Positions 1-9,240 are shown, numbered from the stretch's first letter. The stretch is 64,000 nt of DNA from Chitinophaga pinensis (GCA_945863035.1 CAMAZH010000004.1:7313-71312), one strand, 5' to 3'. The notes: generated by a model not told the origin, from the sequence alone. A program made the numbers and translations.

Positions 1-693
1 GAAATAAATGAAAAGCTCACCCTGACATCCGCCAACAGCATAAACCTTGCCCGCTTGTTACCCCAGAGCTTTTACTATTTCAATGCTTTCAGGCAATTGC
101 CCGCGTCGGAGAAGAAACTTGTGGTTTCGGTACCCAGCGGGAACTTTGGAAACATAACCGCTGGACTTGTTGCAAAACGAATGGGACTTCCAATATACCA
201 ATTCCTTGCTTCAACCAATTGTAACGATGTGGTTCCCGAATACCTGAAAACCGGTGTTTACAAGCCCCGGCCTTCCGTGGCTACCGTAGCCAACGCCATG
301 GACGTGGGGGATCCCAGCAATTTCGCCAGAATCCTGGATCTCTACCATCACTCCCATGAGGAAGTTAAAAAGGCTATGATCGGCTATCACTACGCGGATT
401 CAGAGATCAAAGCCTGTATCAAAAAAGTGAAAGCCGACTTCGGTTATATCCCCGATCCGCATGGGGCAACAGCATTCCTCGCTCTCTCTGAATTCCAAAA
501 AGAAAACCCCGACACTGTTGGCATCTTTCTCGAAACCGCTCACCCGGCAAAGTTCAGCGATACCGTTGAGGAAGCCCTTGGCGAACCCTTGCCGATCCCC
601 GAAAAACTTGCCGAATTCGGGAAACGTGAGAAAATCAGCAGAACGATGAGTACTTCGTACGGGGAATTTAAAAACTACCTGAGCGGACTTTAG
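1..693 (+). CDS. thrC: Threonine synthase, C-terminal part (5' truncated by window)
   Basis: Frame open from base 1 (SANSINLARLLPQ), VPSGNFGN, AMDVGDPSNF, DPHGA and LETAHPAKF motifs. Confidence 0.95.
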   Translation, partial: EINEKLTLTSANSINLARLLPQSFYYFNAFRQLPASEKKLVVSVPSGNFGNITAGLVAKRMGLPIYQFLASTNCNDVVPEYLKTGVYKPRPSVATVANAMDVGDPSNFARILDLYHHSHEEVKKAMIGYHYADSEIKACIKKVKADFGYIPDPHGATAFLALSEFQKENPDTVGIFLETAHPAKFSDTVEEALGEPLPIPEKLAEFGKREKISRTMSTSYGEFKNYLSGL

Positions 694-710
694 AACACGA
701 AACAGCCATG

Positions 711-913
711 CCCCCGGCAGGCTAAACTTTTGTGGAATTGAGGACTCGGCCCCACTCTGGCCCTCCCCCGGCAGGCTAAACTTTTGTGGAATTGAGGACT
801 CGGCCCCACCCCGGCCCCCGGCAGGCTAAACTTTCGTGGAATTGAGGACTCGGCCCCACTCTGGCCCTCCCCCGGCAGGCTAAACTTTTGTGGAATTGAG
901 GACTCGGCCCCAC
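711..913. repeat. Four direct copies of a 45-bp unit CCCCCGGCAGGCTAAACTTTYGTGGAATTGAGGACTCGGCCCCAC (REP-like array)
   Basis: Copies start at 711, 765, 815, 869; linkers alternate TCTGGCCCT / CCCGG; one T>C difference in copy 3. Confidence 0.9.
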
Positions 914-976
914 CCCGGACTCCCGCATTGCGGGACAGGCTCTCCCCCGGAGTTGACTATCGCGGGAATGGATGTA

Positions 977-1016
977 CGGCCCCTCCCCAACCCCTCCCCC
1001 TGAGTGGGAGGGAGCT
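977..1016. repeat. CCCCTCCCCAACCCCTCCCC...GGGAGGGAG REP-like palindromic element
   Basis: C-tract motif related to the array linkers, followed by a complementary GGGAGGGAG arm. Confidence 0.6.
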
Positions 1017-1062
1017 AGACTATCGCTAGTGTGGATTTTAAAAATGCATATACCGGTTTCAC

Positions 1063-1118
1063 CCACCCCGTCACGTCCTCACCCCGTCACGTCGTCACGT
1101 CCTCAACCCGTCACGTCA
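1063..1118. repeat. Octamer tandem array (TCACGTCC/TCACCCCG-type), 7 units
   Basis: 8-bp periodicity read directly; same family at 29271-29310. Confidence 0.85.
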
Positions 1119-1279
1119 CAGTAATAATGATATGTTATTGAAAAGGTTTTAACATGCTTAAAATCATATTATTCTTGTCCGGCAAAATTTGGAAATCTCT
1201 CCTTTAAAAATCAACTTTACATCACGATCCCGACACGGGATTTTTTGTTACTAAATACTTATTATTAAATTTTTCTGCT

Positions 1280-2617
1280 ATGAATGTAGATATGCTAATG
1301 AATGACCTCATCAAAAAAACTCAGGGTGAGGCCGAGTATCATCAGGCAGTGCGTGAAGTTCTCGAGTCGATTGAGGAAATTTACAACGAGAACCCACAAT
1401 TTGAGTCTGCAAAAATTATCGAACGTCTTATTGAGCCCGACAGAACCATGATGTTCAAAGTGCCTTGGGAAGATGATGAGGGGAACATTCACGTTAACCG
1501 GGGTTACAGAATACAGTTCAACAATGCCATCGGCCCGTACAAAGGCGGACTTCGTTTTCACCCGAGTGTGAACCTTAGCATTCTAAAGTTCCTGGGATTC
1601 GAGCAGATATTTAAAAACAGTCTTACCTCACTTCCTATGGGTGGTGCCAAGGGAGGATCCGATTTCGACCCAAAAGGGAAATCAAACCGCGAAATCATGC
1701 GTTTCTGCCAGTCGTTTATGCTGGAACTCTGGCGTATTATCGGTCCTGATACAGATGTACCCGCTGGTGACATCGGTGTTGGCGGTCGCGAAATCGGCTA
1801 CCTGTACGGAATGTACAGAAAACTTGCCCGTGAAAACACCGGAGTGCTTACCGGAAAGGGCCTGAACTGGGGCGGAAGTCTCGTTCGTCCTGAAGCTACC
1901 GGTTATGGTGTGGTGTATTTCGCAAAAGAAATGCTTGCAACCATAGGCCAGTCGTTCGAGGGCAAGAAAGTAGCAATATCGGGTTTCGGCAACGTGGCCT
2001 GGGGTGCAGCCATCAAAGCCACCGAACTTGGAGGTAAGGTGATCACCCTCTCGGGCCCCGACGGGTATGTCCATATCCCCGGAGGTCTCGATACCGAAAA
2101 AATCAATTATATGCTGGAGCTCAGAGCCACCAACGAGGATATCGTTAAACCCATGGCCTACGAGTTCGAGGGAGTTGAATTCGTTCAGGGCAAACACCCC
2201 TGGGAAGTGGCTTGCGATATCGCTCTGCCTTGTGCAACCCAGAACGAACTGAACAAAGAGGACGCCCTCAGCCTGATCAAAAACGGTTGCATCTGCGTTA
2301 CCGAAGGTGCAAACATGCCCTGTACACCCGAAGCAATCGAAGCGCTGCATTCGAAGAAAATCCTCTTTTCCCCGGGCAAAGCATCCAACGCCGGCGGTGT
2401 TGCCACTTCCGGACTTGAAATGGCCCAAAACTCCATGAAGATCAACTGGAGTCGCTCGGAAGTCGACGACAGGCTGCACCATATCATGACCAACATTCAC
2501 GAAAGCTGCGTAAAATACGGCACACGTCCCGATGGTTATGTGGATTATGTGAAAGGCGCGAATATCGCCGGATTCCTGAAGGTCGCCCATTCCATGATGG
2601 ATCAGGGTTTGTACTAA
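1280..2617 (+). CDS. gdhA: Glutamate dehydrogenase (hexameric family), possibly NAD-type
   Basis: GPYKGGLRFHP, GGAKGGSDFDPKG, DVPAGDIGVG, GFGNV, KASNAGGVATS; SGPDG in the cofactor loop. Confidence 0.95.
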   Translation: MNVDMLMNDLIKKTQGEAEYHQAVREVLESIEEIYNENPQFESAKIIERLIEPDRTMMFKVPWEDDEGNIHVNRGYRIQFNNAIGPYKGGLRFHPSVNLSILKFLGFEQIFKNSLTSLPMGGAKGGSDFDPKGKSNREIMRFCQSFMLELWRIIGPDTDVPAGDIGVGGREIGYLYGMYRKLARENTGVLTGKGLNWGGSLVRPEATGYGVVYFAKEMLATIGQSFEGKKVAISGFGNVAWGAAIKATELGGKVITLSGPDGYVHIPGGLDTEKINYMLELRATNEDIVKPMAYEFEGVEFVQGKHPWEVACDIALPCATQNELNKEDALSLIKNGCICVTEGANMPCTPEAIEALHSKKILFSPGKASNAGGVATSGLEMAQNSMKINWSRSEVDDRLHHIMTNIHESCVKYGTRPDGYVDYVKGANIAGFLKVAHSMMDQGLY

Positions 2618-2633
2618 AAGGCTTTTACCTAAG

Positions 2634-2716
2634 ACAAACGACCATAGTCAACAAGGGCTCGCAAGCTGAATTTCAGTTACGCTAATGCCCTTGTGGTCTG
2701 TGGTCGTTTTGTTTTT
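2634..2716 (+). terminator. Long imperfect hairpin plus U-tract after gdh, between convergent genes
   Basis: ACAAACGACCATAG/CTGTGGTCGTTTTGT, ACAAGGGC/GCCCTTGT and AGCTGA/TCAGTT nested stems, then TTTT. Confidence 0.65.
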
Positions 2717-2746
2717 GCTATAAAACCACTCTTCTCGAAAGGGTCC

Positions 2747-5728
2747 TTAAACCTTATAAACAACCCCTTTGCTCGTCTTCCCGTCGATCATTATAATCAT
2801 GGGCGTTTTAAACCGGATGTGCCTTACATACTCATCCTCAAAAAAAGCCTCCTGCCGGGTCAGATAGTCAATATCGTAAAAACCATCATTGATATATGGA
2901 TTGATGGTTAAATAACCAACCCCAAAAGAGGTAAGGTTCTGGAAAAAGTGCGTGCCCTGACTCGGATCGATGCGGTATTTTTCCAAACCCGATTCAACAA
3001 TGATGCGGGCTTCGCTTATCTGTGGCCATTTGATTGGTATCCCAAGCCAGGGATCGGACGAACCCCATCGGCCGGGTCCGATAAGCACATAATTTTTCTG
3101 CTCATCCCTGAGACTTGAGTTGATCCGCTCAACACTTCTTGCCATTCTCTCGCTATGGGCGGGATCGAATGATTCAGGTTTTATGTAAACAATATCGTGC
3201 ATCCAGTCGAACACCCCATTCCCCAGCGCCGAATTCGACAGGATAATTGTTTCTTCCTTCTTGACCTCATCGATGGCGATGGAACTGCTCTGGTCATTGT
3301 CAACAATGGGCCGAATCTGCAGGAAATGGAACACTTTCGGGGCACCCTCAGGAACATTCAGGTTAACGGCAAATTCGATCTCAATAGGCAGATTCATTTC
3401 TTTCTGCCCTATTGCCAGCAAGGTCTGCAGGATGTCGGCCAGCGGAAAGGTTTTGTGATTCAGAATATTCGAAAACGTGATAACCTTTTTTCCGTCATAG
3501 TTGTACCCGTCGCGGATAATATGATTCTGAAGATCGTACACCGATGCCACACTCCTCAGGGAATTGTCCTCCTCCGCATCTTTAATCTTCAGCCTTTGCA
3601 GATTGATGCTGTCGTCCGTTGAGGTGATAAAACTATCCGGATTCATATCCAAGGCGAAAAAAGTCTTTTGGGTATCCCTCAAAATAATTTCGGGGGAGGA
3701 TAACTGCAGAACTTTCTTGGCGTATTTTGGTGAAAAGCGGAGTGACACTCCCCCGTCAACAATGTATTTCCCCAGTCCGAAGGCAATATTGGCAATCCCA
3801 TCCTCCGCCTTTTCCGGTTTTATAGGATAAAAATTAATGGATCTAGCCACCCCTGAGAAGGTAGGGTAAAACCGGTTCTTATAACGCGAACCACTGACTT
3901 CCTGCAGGATAATGCCCATTTTCTCCTCGTCGATAACATTGGAAGTGGCGGCCATATAGGCTTTGCTCGATTTGAAATACACCGATGCGTAAACCGATTT
4001 AATAGCGTTGGTGAGCATTCGCATGGTAAGGGCATGGTCGGACTCAACCATCGGGATCATGTAGGTCGAATAAATCCCTGCGAAGGGCTGGTAATGGCTG
4101 TCCTCCAACTTGCTTGACGAGCGTATTGCCACAGGGTTTTTCATAACCGAGATGAAGGCGTACAAATCCTGATGCACCCAGCCGGGAAGCTTCGCCTTGA
4201 TAAAATGTTGAAGGATCTCCTCATCGCTCAGGTTGCTCATCCCGATTTTGTAGAGGTCGTTCGTCTCCATGTACTCGTCGAAAATGTCGGTGCTCAGCAC
4301 CACGGTACGGGGAATGGAGATTACAACATCGTCGTACTTGTTGAAAAGGCTGTAGTTTTTTATTACCGAGTTGATGAAAGCCAGGCCACGGGCTTTTCCC
4401 CCGATGGATGCGTCGCCAATCCGGGAGAACATCATGTATTCATCAAAGCTGGATTTGTCGAACTTGGCGATAATCCCCCTTCCCTTGCTTATGCGGAAGC
4501 TGGAGATAGCCTCGTAAATATACGATCGCACCTCGCCTACATTTCTGAAGTCCTCCTTGCGAAGGTATTTGAAAAGTTGGGCAACAGGGAAAATAGCCCT
4601 GGCATTGAGCCATTTGGAAAAGTCGTTTCGCGAGGCATGGTAGGCCAGCACATTGTCGGGAACTTTAAGGATCATCTGCTGAAGGGTCTGCAGATCGGTG
4701 GCCCTGGCGATTTCACGGGAGGTGTCGGGATCGCGGAACACAAACTCCCCAAACGCAAAATTGCGGATGATGTAATTCCTGACGTCAATGGAAAGGGTTT
4801 TGGAGTATTTATGCAGAAAGCCAACATTCAGCTTCTGGGCATATTTCTCATTGCTCATATCCGAAGATTGCAAAAGAAAGGGCATATAGGGGTCCTCTTC
4901 CTTTACCACCTTGCACAAGCGAAGGCCCGCCTTGGTTTTGTGATCGCGCTTGTTGTTTTCTTTAAAGCTGATATCGGAAATAATCCCAAGTATGTTGTTT
5001 TTATACCTGCTGTAAAAATCCATGGCCTCCTCATAGGTCTTTGCCAGGAGGATTTTCGGGCGGCCGCGCATCCGGAGCATTTTCTGATGCTCGTTCAGGG
5101 CTTCCTTCATAAAATCGCGCGACTGCTTCAGCACGATCTTATAAAGGAGGGGGAGATAAACCGAAGTATACCGGATGGAGTCTTCCACAAGCATGATGGC
5201 CTGAACTCCCACGTTTTCAACATCGTAGTCGGCATTCATCCGGTCTTCGATGAGCTTGATAATGGCCAGCAAAAGATCCGCGTTTCCCAGCCAGCAGAAC
5301 ACGTAATCGATAGCCGAGAGATCCTCGTTTTGCAGCTTGAGCGATACCTCGCGGTTAAAATGAGTCAAAACAACAATGGGAATATCTTTGTAACTGTCTT
5401 TTATTCTTTTGGCCAGCTGAAAGGTGTCGATATCCCCGATGTTGAGCATCTCAATGATAAGATCGATGCTTTCGCGCTCCAGTACATCAAAGGCTTCTTT
5501 TGCAGAGCTCGCTTTGATAAACCGGGGAGGATAACGCAGGTTTAAGGAAACGTATTCGTTGAAAATCTGCTCATCGATCCTACCATCCTCCTCCAGCATG
5601 TAGAAATCGTAATTGCTGCTGATAATCAATACCTGCCTGATACGCTTCTGCATCAACAACTCAAACTCCGTCATACTAAAATCCACAGTCGGATAATCCA
5701 ATCGCCTCGTTTTAAGATTTACGTCCAT
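2747..5728 (-). CDS. REC-domain + PPDK/PEP-synthase N-terminal (ATP-grasp) domain protein, paralog 1
   Basis: IMLVEDS / GIISDIS / LLQSS / FLHK receiver signature; IGGKARGL, AIRSSSKLED, FAGIY, EIEFA, LQIRP ATP-grasp motifs. Confidence 0.85.
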   Translation of the reverse strand: MDVNLKTRRLDYPTVDFSMTEFELLMQKRIRQVLIISSNYDFYMLEEDGRIDEQIFNEYVSLNLRYPPRFIKASSAKEAFDVLERESIDLIIEMLNIGDIDTFQLAKRIKDSYKDIPIVVLTHFNREVSLKLQNEDLSAIDYVFCWLGNADLLLAIIKLIEDRMNADYDVENVGVQAIMLVEDSIRYTSVYLPLLYKIVLKQSRDFMKEALNEHQKMLRMRGRPKILLAKTYEEAMDFYSRYKNNILGIISDISFKENNKRDHKTKAGLRLCKVVKEEDPYMPFLLQSSDMSNEKYAQKLNVGFLHKYSKTLSIDVRNYIIRNFAFGEFVFRDPDTSREIARATDLQTLQQMILKVPDNVLAYHASRNDFSKWLNARAIFPVAQLFKYLRKEDFRNVGEVRSYIYEAISSFRISKGRGIIAKFDKSSFDEYMMFSRIGDASIGGKARGLAFINSVIKNYSLFNKYDDVVISIPRTVVLSTDIFDEYMETNDLYKIGMSNLSDEEILQHFIKAKLPGWVHQDLYAFISVMKNPVAIRSSSKLEDSHYQPFAGIYSTYMIPMVESDHALTMRMLTNAIKSVYASVYFKSSKAYMAATSNVIDEEKMGIILQEVSGSRYKNRFYPTFSGVARSINFYPIKPEKAEDGIANIAFGLGKYIVDGGVSLRFSPKYAKKVLQLSSPEIILRDTQKTFFALDMNPDSFITSTDDSINLQRLKIKDAEEDNSLRSVASVYDLQNHIIRDGYNYDGKKVITFSNILNHKTFPLADILQTLLAIGQKEMNLPIEIEFAVNLNVPEGAPKVFHFLQIRPIVDNDQSSSIAIDEVKKEETIILSNSALGNGVFDWMHDIVYIKPESFDPAHSERMARSVERINSSLRDEQKNYVLIGPGRWGSSDPWLGIPIKWPQISEARIIVESGLEKYRIDPSQGTHFFQNLTSFGVGYLTINPYINDGFYDIDYLTRQEAFFEDEYVRHIRFKTPMIIMIDGKTSKGVVYKV

Positions 5729-5744
5729 AGTGTGTGCCCTGCAG

Positions 5745-8700
5745 TTATTTGTTTGTCTTCTTGGATGCCTTTTGAATAACGGAAATTTGTTTTTTCCCGT
5801 CCATGACGATGTTTAAGGGTTCCGGGAAAGAAACGTGTTTAAGGAAACGGGTTTCTGTAATCGTTTTTTGCCTGCTGATCTCGCTCCAGTCGATGAACTC
5901 ATTTCTGGAACTGTGCTGAATCGAGAAATACCCAATGTTCATGGATGTTACGTTATGGAAAAAGTGCGAGCCCAGCGAGGCGTCAAGTGGGAAATCTTCC
6001 AGACTGGTTTCGATGATTACTTTCGCCATGGAAATCTGTGGCCAATTTACCGGGATACCGATAAACGGGTCGCGGGTACCCCATCTCCCCGGCCCGATAA
6101 GGATGTAATTCTTTTTCTTTGCCAGCATATCCTTGTTCAGCCCTTCAATTTCGAGGGCGATTTCTTTTGTCTTTAGCTTGTCAAAACTCTCCGGCTTAAC
6201 GAAAATTATCTCAGAGATGGTTTCAATCCTGCCGTTTCCCATACTCTTCTCGGCGTAAATCAGAATGCTCTGTCGGTCTACCTGACTGAGGTCAACGGTA
6301 AAATCGCCACTGCTCTTGTGCATGGGCTTTATCTGCAACAGATAAAATGAGGGCAATCCGTTCTCGGACTTGTTGAGGTCCACGGCATATTCGATTTCAA
6401 CGGGGGAACCCAAAGCCTCCTTCCCAACGTCAAGAATGAATTCCAGGGTTTTAGCCAGCGGGATATAGTTGTATTTGAGAATGTTAGCGAAATTTAGGAT
6501 TCTCGGACCGGGCTTGGCTAATCCTGCTTCTATCCGGTCGTTTTGCGGATCGTAAACCGAAACAAGGTGCTGAATCGAATTATGATGTTCCGCCACAGAG
6601 ATGTTTAAACGCTTGAGGTTCGTGTCCGAACCATTCACAAGCATATCAGGATCCTGACAGCTCATGTCAAGGGCCACAAATTCTATCTGGGAATCCCTGA
6701 AAAGATTTTTTGCGGTGTTGACCTCCAGATCGGGATATTTTGGGGAGAACCGATAAGCTTTTTCTCCCTGTACCACATAATGGCCAAGGCCCAGGGCGGA
6801 AATGGCAAAGCCATCCTCGGGTTGCATATGCGCAACAGGGTAATAGTTGTGCGACTGGGCTGTTCCGCTTATATGGGGGTAGAAATAGCCCTCAAATTCA
6901 TTCCCAACCACTTCCTGAATCACCACCGCCATCTTTTCCTCTTCCACTTTGTAGTTAATGGCCTCAAAATAGGAGCGGGATGAGTTTGAGAAAATGCTGG
7001 CGTAAACCAGCTTGATGGCATCCGAAAGATGTTTGTACCGTAGCTTGCTGTCGTCCGAATTGTTTGGGATCAGAAATGTTTCGAATATTCCTGAAAAGGG
7101 CTGGCTTGTACTGTCCTCCAAAAGGCTTGAAGACCTTATGGCCAAGGGCCTTTTTAATACGGTAAGCAATGATTTCAGGTTTTTCTCCAAATGGTAGGAA
7201 AGTTCCCCCTTGAGGAACAAACTGCAGATTTCCTCATAGGAATAACTTCCATGAATCGCGTTGATCAGATTGTTTTTCTCAAGGAAAAGATCAAATTCAT
7301 CCGTCCCGATCAGTGATGTCCGGGGAGTTCTTGTGTTGATTCCTTTTATCAGGTCGGAGAAGTTGAGGTTGTAGATCAGCGTGTTTATAAACGCAAGTCC
7401 ACGGCCTTTACCGCCGAGAGCGCCTGTCCCGAGACTTACAATATTGCTTTCGTCGAGCAGGGCCGACTCTTCAAAGTTTACAATTCTCCCGGCATTGGTC
7501 TCGTTACGGTATTTCTTTATAACAAACTTAAGGTAATTGCGAAACTCCTGGGTATTCTTGAAATCAGTGACCTTTAGGGGAAAGATCATCTTTGCGATTT
7601 TTATTTCCCCTCGAGCCATGAGCCAAAGCGAGAAGTGGTTCCGTTTGCCGTGATAAATAAGCGATTCGTCGGGAATTGTCTCGATCTGCTTCTCGAACTC
7701 CTTGAGCGACTTGGCTTCCGCGATCTTTTTGCCCCCCGGGTCCCTGTACTCGAAATTTCCGAAGCCCAGGTGGTGGCTTATGAATCCCTTGATATCCTGC
7801 AAAAGTGTCTCCGAATTCTTGTTTATAAAGATGGATTTCAATTCATAGGCCATATGGGAGTTTTCGACCTCTGACGACTGAATAATGGTTGGCAGGCCCG
7901 GATTTATTTCCCGCACATGAGTAACCAGACTGAATCCTGCCGTTTCGTTTAAAACGCCGTTTCGGCGGAACTTTACGTCTGTGATGAGGCACAAAAGACT
8001 GTCGGAATATTTCTGAATGATTTCCTCAGCCTCCTCATAGCTTGTGGCCAGCAGTATTTTTGGCCGGGCCCGCAGCCTTAACACTTTAAAAAGCTCGTCG
8101 GTGGCAACATCATCGATAATCCTCTTGGTTTGCTCCATTACACTGCTGTACAAGAGTGGGAGGTAGCGAGAATAGTAAATTTCCGAGTCCTCCACAAGCA
8201 GGATAACCTTTACCAGGCTGATCTGGGTGTCGTTTTCAACATTAACCCAATCTTCCAAGAGCTTAATCATTGCAAAGAAAATCTTTGAGTCGCCATTCCA
8301 GGTGAAAATCTTGTCAACGTGCTCGAGGTTTTCCTTGTTTTCCTTGTACGAAGACACTTCACGGCTATTGTTGAGCAGAACATAAACAGGGATGTAGGGA
8401 TACTCTGTTTTCACCATTCGGGCAATCCGGTTGGAGGTGGGCTTATCGCTTCCAATCATCAGGATCACAAGGTCGAAATGTCGGTTGCCCAGTTGCTCAA
8501 CGGCCTCTTCATAGGTGGAAACGCCGGTTACACGGGGCATCGTTGTTAAATCGAGCTGCTGATACTCCCCCAGAATGTGCAGGGAAAACCTTCCTTCCTT
8601 CTCAATCGAGAAAGCATCGTAAAGTGTTGCTACCAGCAGTATCTCCTTGGCTTTGTAAAGCATCAGGTCGTGGAAGATATCCCTGTTGGCATTCATCTTG

Positions 8701-9224
8701 TTGAGGAATTTCTGCAACAATTTGCGGCTGTTAATGGGCTTCCCGCTCCTGAACTCCGTTATTTCGGAACGGAGTTCGTCTTTTTCCTGGGTTTTTTTCA
8801 GAATCTTGCGGGCCTCGATGGTATTGAGGTAGTTGGAGATGATGCTGGCAAGATTGTTTATGAGATTCCGTTCTTCCTTCAGGAATGGTCCCTCGTCGAT
8901 TTCGGGGAATTCCCGGAGATAAAAAATGTCGATCGACCCGGAAATATTATGAATGGTCCTGAAGTTTTGCGATTGGCAATATTCGGTTTCCCTGAAGGTT
9001 TGTGAGGTAAACAAAAGATCGCCATACCGGATTCGGGCCACAGTATGATCGGGATACTGCCAGGCTTTGGGAAGAATGAAGGTGATGCGTCGAAGAGTCT
9101 CCTCGATAAGTTTCCCCTCTTTTATAATCTGGGTAGTCTGGTTTATACAGGATAGTTCCTTAAGCCTTTCTTTTTTTTCGGCAAGCAACTTCTGTATTTC
9201 GCTATCTGAACGCGGAATATCCAT
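5745..9224 (-). CDS. GAF-like + REC + PPDK N-terminal (ATP-grasp) domain protein, paralog 2
   Basis: Collinear with paralog 1 (LGGKGRGL, AIRSSSLLED, EIEYA, LQIKP, IGPGRWG); start placed at ATG 9224 because the upstream TTG lies in a hairpin. Confidence 0.85.
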   Translation of the reverse strand: MDIPRSDSEIQKLLAEKKERLKELSCINQTTQIIKEGKLIEETLRRITFILPKAWQYPDHTVARIRYGDLLFTSQTFRETEYCQSQNFRTIHNISGSIDIFYLREFPEIDEGPFLKEERNLINNLASIISNYLNTIEARKILKKTQEKDELRSEITEFRSGKPINSRKLLQKFLNKMNANRDIFHDLMLYKAKEILLVATLYDAFSIEKEGRFSLHILGEYQQLDLTTMPRVTGVSTYEEAVEQLGNRHFDLVILMIGSDKPTSNRIARMVKTEYPYIPVYVLLNNSREVSSYKENKENLEHVDKIFTWNGDSKIFFAMIKLLEDWVNVENDTQISLVKVILLVEDSEIYYSRYLPLLYSSVMEQTKRIIDDVATDELFKVLRLRARPKILLATSYEEAEEIIQKYSDSLLCLITDVKFRRNGVLNETAGFSLVTHVREINPGLPTIIQSSEVENSHMAYELKSIFINKNSETLLQDIKGFISHHLGFGNFEYRDPGGKKIAEAKSLKEFEKQIETIPDESLIYHGKRNHFSLWLMARGEIKIAKMIFPLKVTDFKNTQEFRNYLKFVIKKYRNETNAGRIVNFEESALLDESNIVSLGTGALGGKGRGLAFINTLIYNLNFSDLIKGINTRTPRTSLIGTDEFDLFLEKNNLINAIHGSYSYEEICSLFLKGELSYHLEKNLKSLLTVLKRPLAIRSSSLLEDSTSQPFSGIFETFLIPNNSDDSKLRYKHLSDAIKLVYASIFSNSSRSYFEAINYKVEEEKMAVVIQEVVGNEFEGYFYPHISGTAQSHNYYPVAHMQPEDGFAISALGLGHYVVQGEKAYRFSPKYPDLEVNTAKNLFRDSQIEFVALDMSCQDPDMLVNGSDTNLKRLNISVAEHHNSIQHLVSVYDPQNDRIEAGLAKPGPRILNFANILKYNYIPLAKTLEFILDVGKEALGSPVEIEYAVDLNKSENGLPSFYLLQIKPMHKSSGDFTVDLSQVDRQSILIYAEKSMGNGRIETISEIIFVKPESFDKLKTKEIALEIEGLNKDMLAKKKNYILIGPGRWGTRDPFIGIPVNWPQISMAKVIIETSLEDFPLDASLGSHFFHNVTSMNIGYFSIQHSSRNEFIDWSEISRQKTITETRFLKHVSFPEPLNIVMDGKKQISVIQKASKKTNK

Positions 9225-9240
9225 AATTCCAGATTTGGGT

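Noticed and set aside
711-913. CRISPR array
   Set aside because: Linkers are only 5-9 bp and themselves repeat; no unique spacers and no cas genes
776-1066. 96-aa ORF with repeated peptide
   Set aside because: Translation of the DNA repeat array
1682-2590. 302-aa antisense ORF over gdh
   Set aside because: Codon-aligned shadow of a highly biased gene; no motifs
4172-5545. 457-aa antisense ORF over dikinase paralog 1
   Set aside because: Codon-aligned shadow ORF with no recognisable features
2747-9224. Annotation as ppsA/ppdK
   Set aside because: No PEP/pyruvate-binding barrel and no canonical TSHAA motif; gene symbol withheld
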